DNA from: Candidatus Caldarchaeum sp.
Lineage (GTDB): Archaea; Thermoproteota; Nitrososphaeria_A; Caldarchaeales; Caldarchaeaceae
DNA: 24,000 nt
Assembly (NCBI GenBank): GCA_038832005.1
Contig: JAWBJZ010000003.1
Span: forward strand, 9,560-33,559
Direction of reading: 5' to 3'
Position numbers and translations under genes: made by a program. The notes below the pieces were generated by a model. It saw only the letters and a program-made list of their open reading frames with translations. It had not been told where the DNA came from and ran no database searches. Within the stretch, counting starts at the first letter, position 1. Each line of letters opens with the position of its first letter. Shown here one piece after another: positions 22,835 to 24,000 of the stretch.

Positions 22835-24000
22835 TCAGACCTTGAACGTTTGACCTCTCTCGGGACTCACAGCCCAGGCTCCCAGCTGTGAAGAGGCCCA
22901 GCTAGAGAGTAGACCACATTGCTGCGGCTCGCCGTGTATTGTGAAGATTTTTGCGTTTGTCTCGATTTTCTTCAGGTATTCGTGGAGCTGGCTTCTGCCG
23001 GCGTGGCTTGAAAACTTGAACTGTTTAACTTTACAGTTGGCAGGTTTTTCGGAGCCGTCGACCACCAAAACGCCTTTGTTGAGAAGGATTTCGCCGGGAG
23101 TTCCCGGTATCTGGAAGCTTGACAGGAATATTGCTGATTTCTCGTCTTCTGCGATGTAGGGGGCGTAGTACATGGCTGGTCCCCCCTTGAGCATACCTGC
23201 CGGAGCAACTATCACCCCCGGCTCTGACAACGCGGTCTCACGGCCACGTCTGCCGTGCACAAACCTTGTCTTCTTGTTTGCTTTCTCCAGTATGTCGACG
23301 CCGTCCACAAACCTTTTGTCTGAAAGATACAGCTCCATAGTCTTTTTAGCCATGCCGTCAAGCCATACAGGATGCTTAAACCCGTGTGCCGTCAGGATGC
23401 AGAGAATCTCCTGAGCTCTTCCAACGGAGAAGGCGGGAACTAGGACAACGCCTCCGCCCTCAACAACCTCCCTGCACGACTTGACGAACTCGTTCTCAAG
23501 CTCCTGCCTCGTCCTATGGTCCTCATGGGCGTAGGTAGACTCTATTACCACAGCGTCCACGTCTCCCACAACAGTCTCGGCTCCGTCAAGCATCCTCGTT
23601 TTAACCGTGGTAAAGTCACCGGTGTAGACCAGCGTTTTATCGCCGTTCACGATAACCTGAGCGCTGCCGGGTACGTGTCCGGCGTCGAGCAGCTCTATCT
23701 CAACGTCGCCGACCTTGAACGGCTCTCTGTAAAAAACGGTCCGTGTGTTCGAAAGCATCTTTTCCATCTCCCTCCTCTCGAAGACAAGATGGTATCCCGA
23801 GAGCTTTATGAAATCTTGAATAAGGAGGGCGGCTGTCTGTTTGGTCATCGACGTGGCGTACATCTTCGGCGCATAGCTGATGTACAGCATCGGGATAGCT
23901 CCAGAATGGTCGAGATGGGAATGCGTCAGGATTACCGCGTCAAGCTTGCGCGTCTCCACAGGCAGCGGAAACTCCGGATGGTCGTTTAACATCACCCCAT
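22835..24000 (-). CDS. metallo-beta-lactamase/beta-CASP ribonuclease (aCPSF2-like, no KH domains seen); the N-terminus runs off the right edge
   Basis: The motifs are THSHLDHSG (HxHxDH), LLDAGHVPGSA, VYTGDF, VVIESTYA (beta-CASP A), KFSSHAG (B) and FTIHGEP (C). The frame is still open at 24000. The expected first beta-lactamase strands are missing, so the GTG/ATG at 23995/23992 is probably internal. Confidence 0.85.
   Translation of the reverse strand, partial: GVMLNDHPEFPLPVETRKLDAVILTHSHLDHSGAIPMLYISYAPKMYATSMTKQTAALLIQDFIKLSGYHLVFERREMEKMLSNTRTVFYREPFKVGDVEIELLDAGHVPGSAQVIVNGDKTLVYTGDFTTVKTRMLDGAETVVGDVDAVVIESTYAHEDHRTRQELENEFVKSCREVVEGGGVVLVPAFSVGRAQEILCILTAHGFKHPVWLDGMAKKTMELYLSDKRFVDGVDILEKANKKTRFVHGRRGRETALSEPGVIVAPAGMLKGGPAMYYAPYIAEDEKSAIFLSSFQIPGTPGEILLNKGVLVVDGSEKPANCKVKQFKFSSHAGRSQLHEYLKKIETNAKIFTIHGEPQQCGLLSSWASSQLGAWAVSPERGQTFKV

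Noticed and set aside
1-24000. CRISPR arrays, long tandem repeats, IS elements, inteins and rRNA genes.
   Set aside because: Reading both strands by eye showed no spaced direct repeats. There are no transposase or integrase motifs. The conserved proteins (PPDK 884 aa from the ATG 9926 start, CysRS 479 aa, PCNA 256 aa, TFB 307 aa) have normal lengths without insertions.

Overview
This is an archaeal chromosomal segment with very dense coding: about 25 CDS and 2 tRNAs, with many 1-16 nt gene-end overlaps. Most of it is housekeeping. It encodes Elp3 (partial), aIF1/SUI1, TFB, CysRS, an Ard1-type N-acetyltransferase, pyruvate phosphate dikinase, PCNA, an M50 site-2 protease and a beta-CASP RNase (partial). 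It also carries tRNA-Pro(UGG) and an intron-containing tRNA-Gly(GCC). AT-rich TATA-like boxes sit about 24-30 nt upstream of many first genes, which suggests leaderless or short-leader transcripts. TTG and GTG starts are frequent. These traits, and an Ard1 that resembles the Sulfolobus protein from memory, suggest a TACK/Thermoproteota-like lineage, but no search was run. A recurring theme is cofactor F420, with two Mer/luciferase-like oxidoreductases and a nitroreductase-cofD-cofC operon. I found no CRISPR array, transposase, integrase, rRNA or obvious defence island. The candidates worth a second look are: (1) a stand-alone FbiB-C-terminal-like nitroreductase coupled to cofD/cofC; (2) an anomaly at the cofD 5' end, where an in-frame TGA precedes conserved N-terminal sequence that lies upstream of any canonical start; (3) a 7TM-KaiC/RecA-like fusion whose P-loop Lys is replaced by Arg; (4) a low-GC islet beside tRNA-Pro carrying an orphan wHTH-fused, apparently circularly permuted methyltransferase; (5) an operon coupling Elp3 to a Mer-like F420 enzyme. 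All family calls come from by-eye motif recognition, not database searches.
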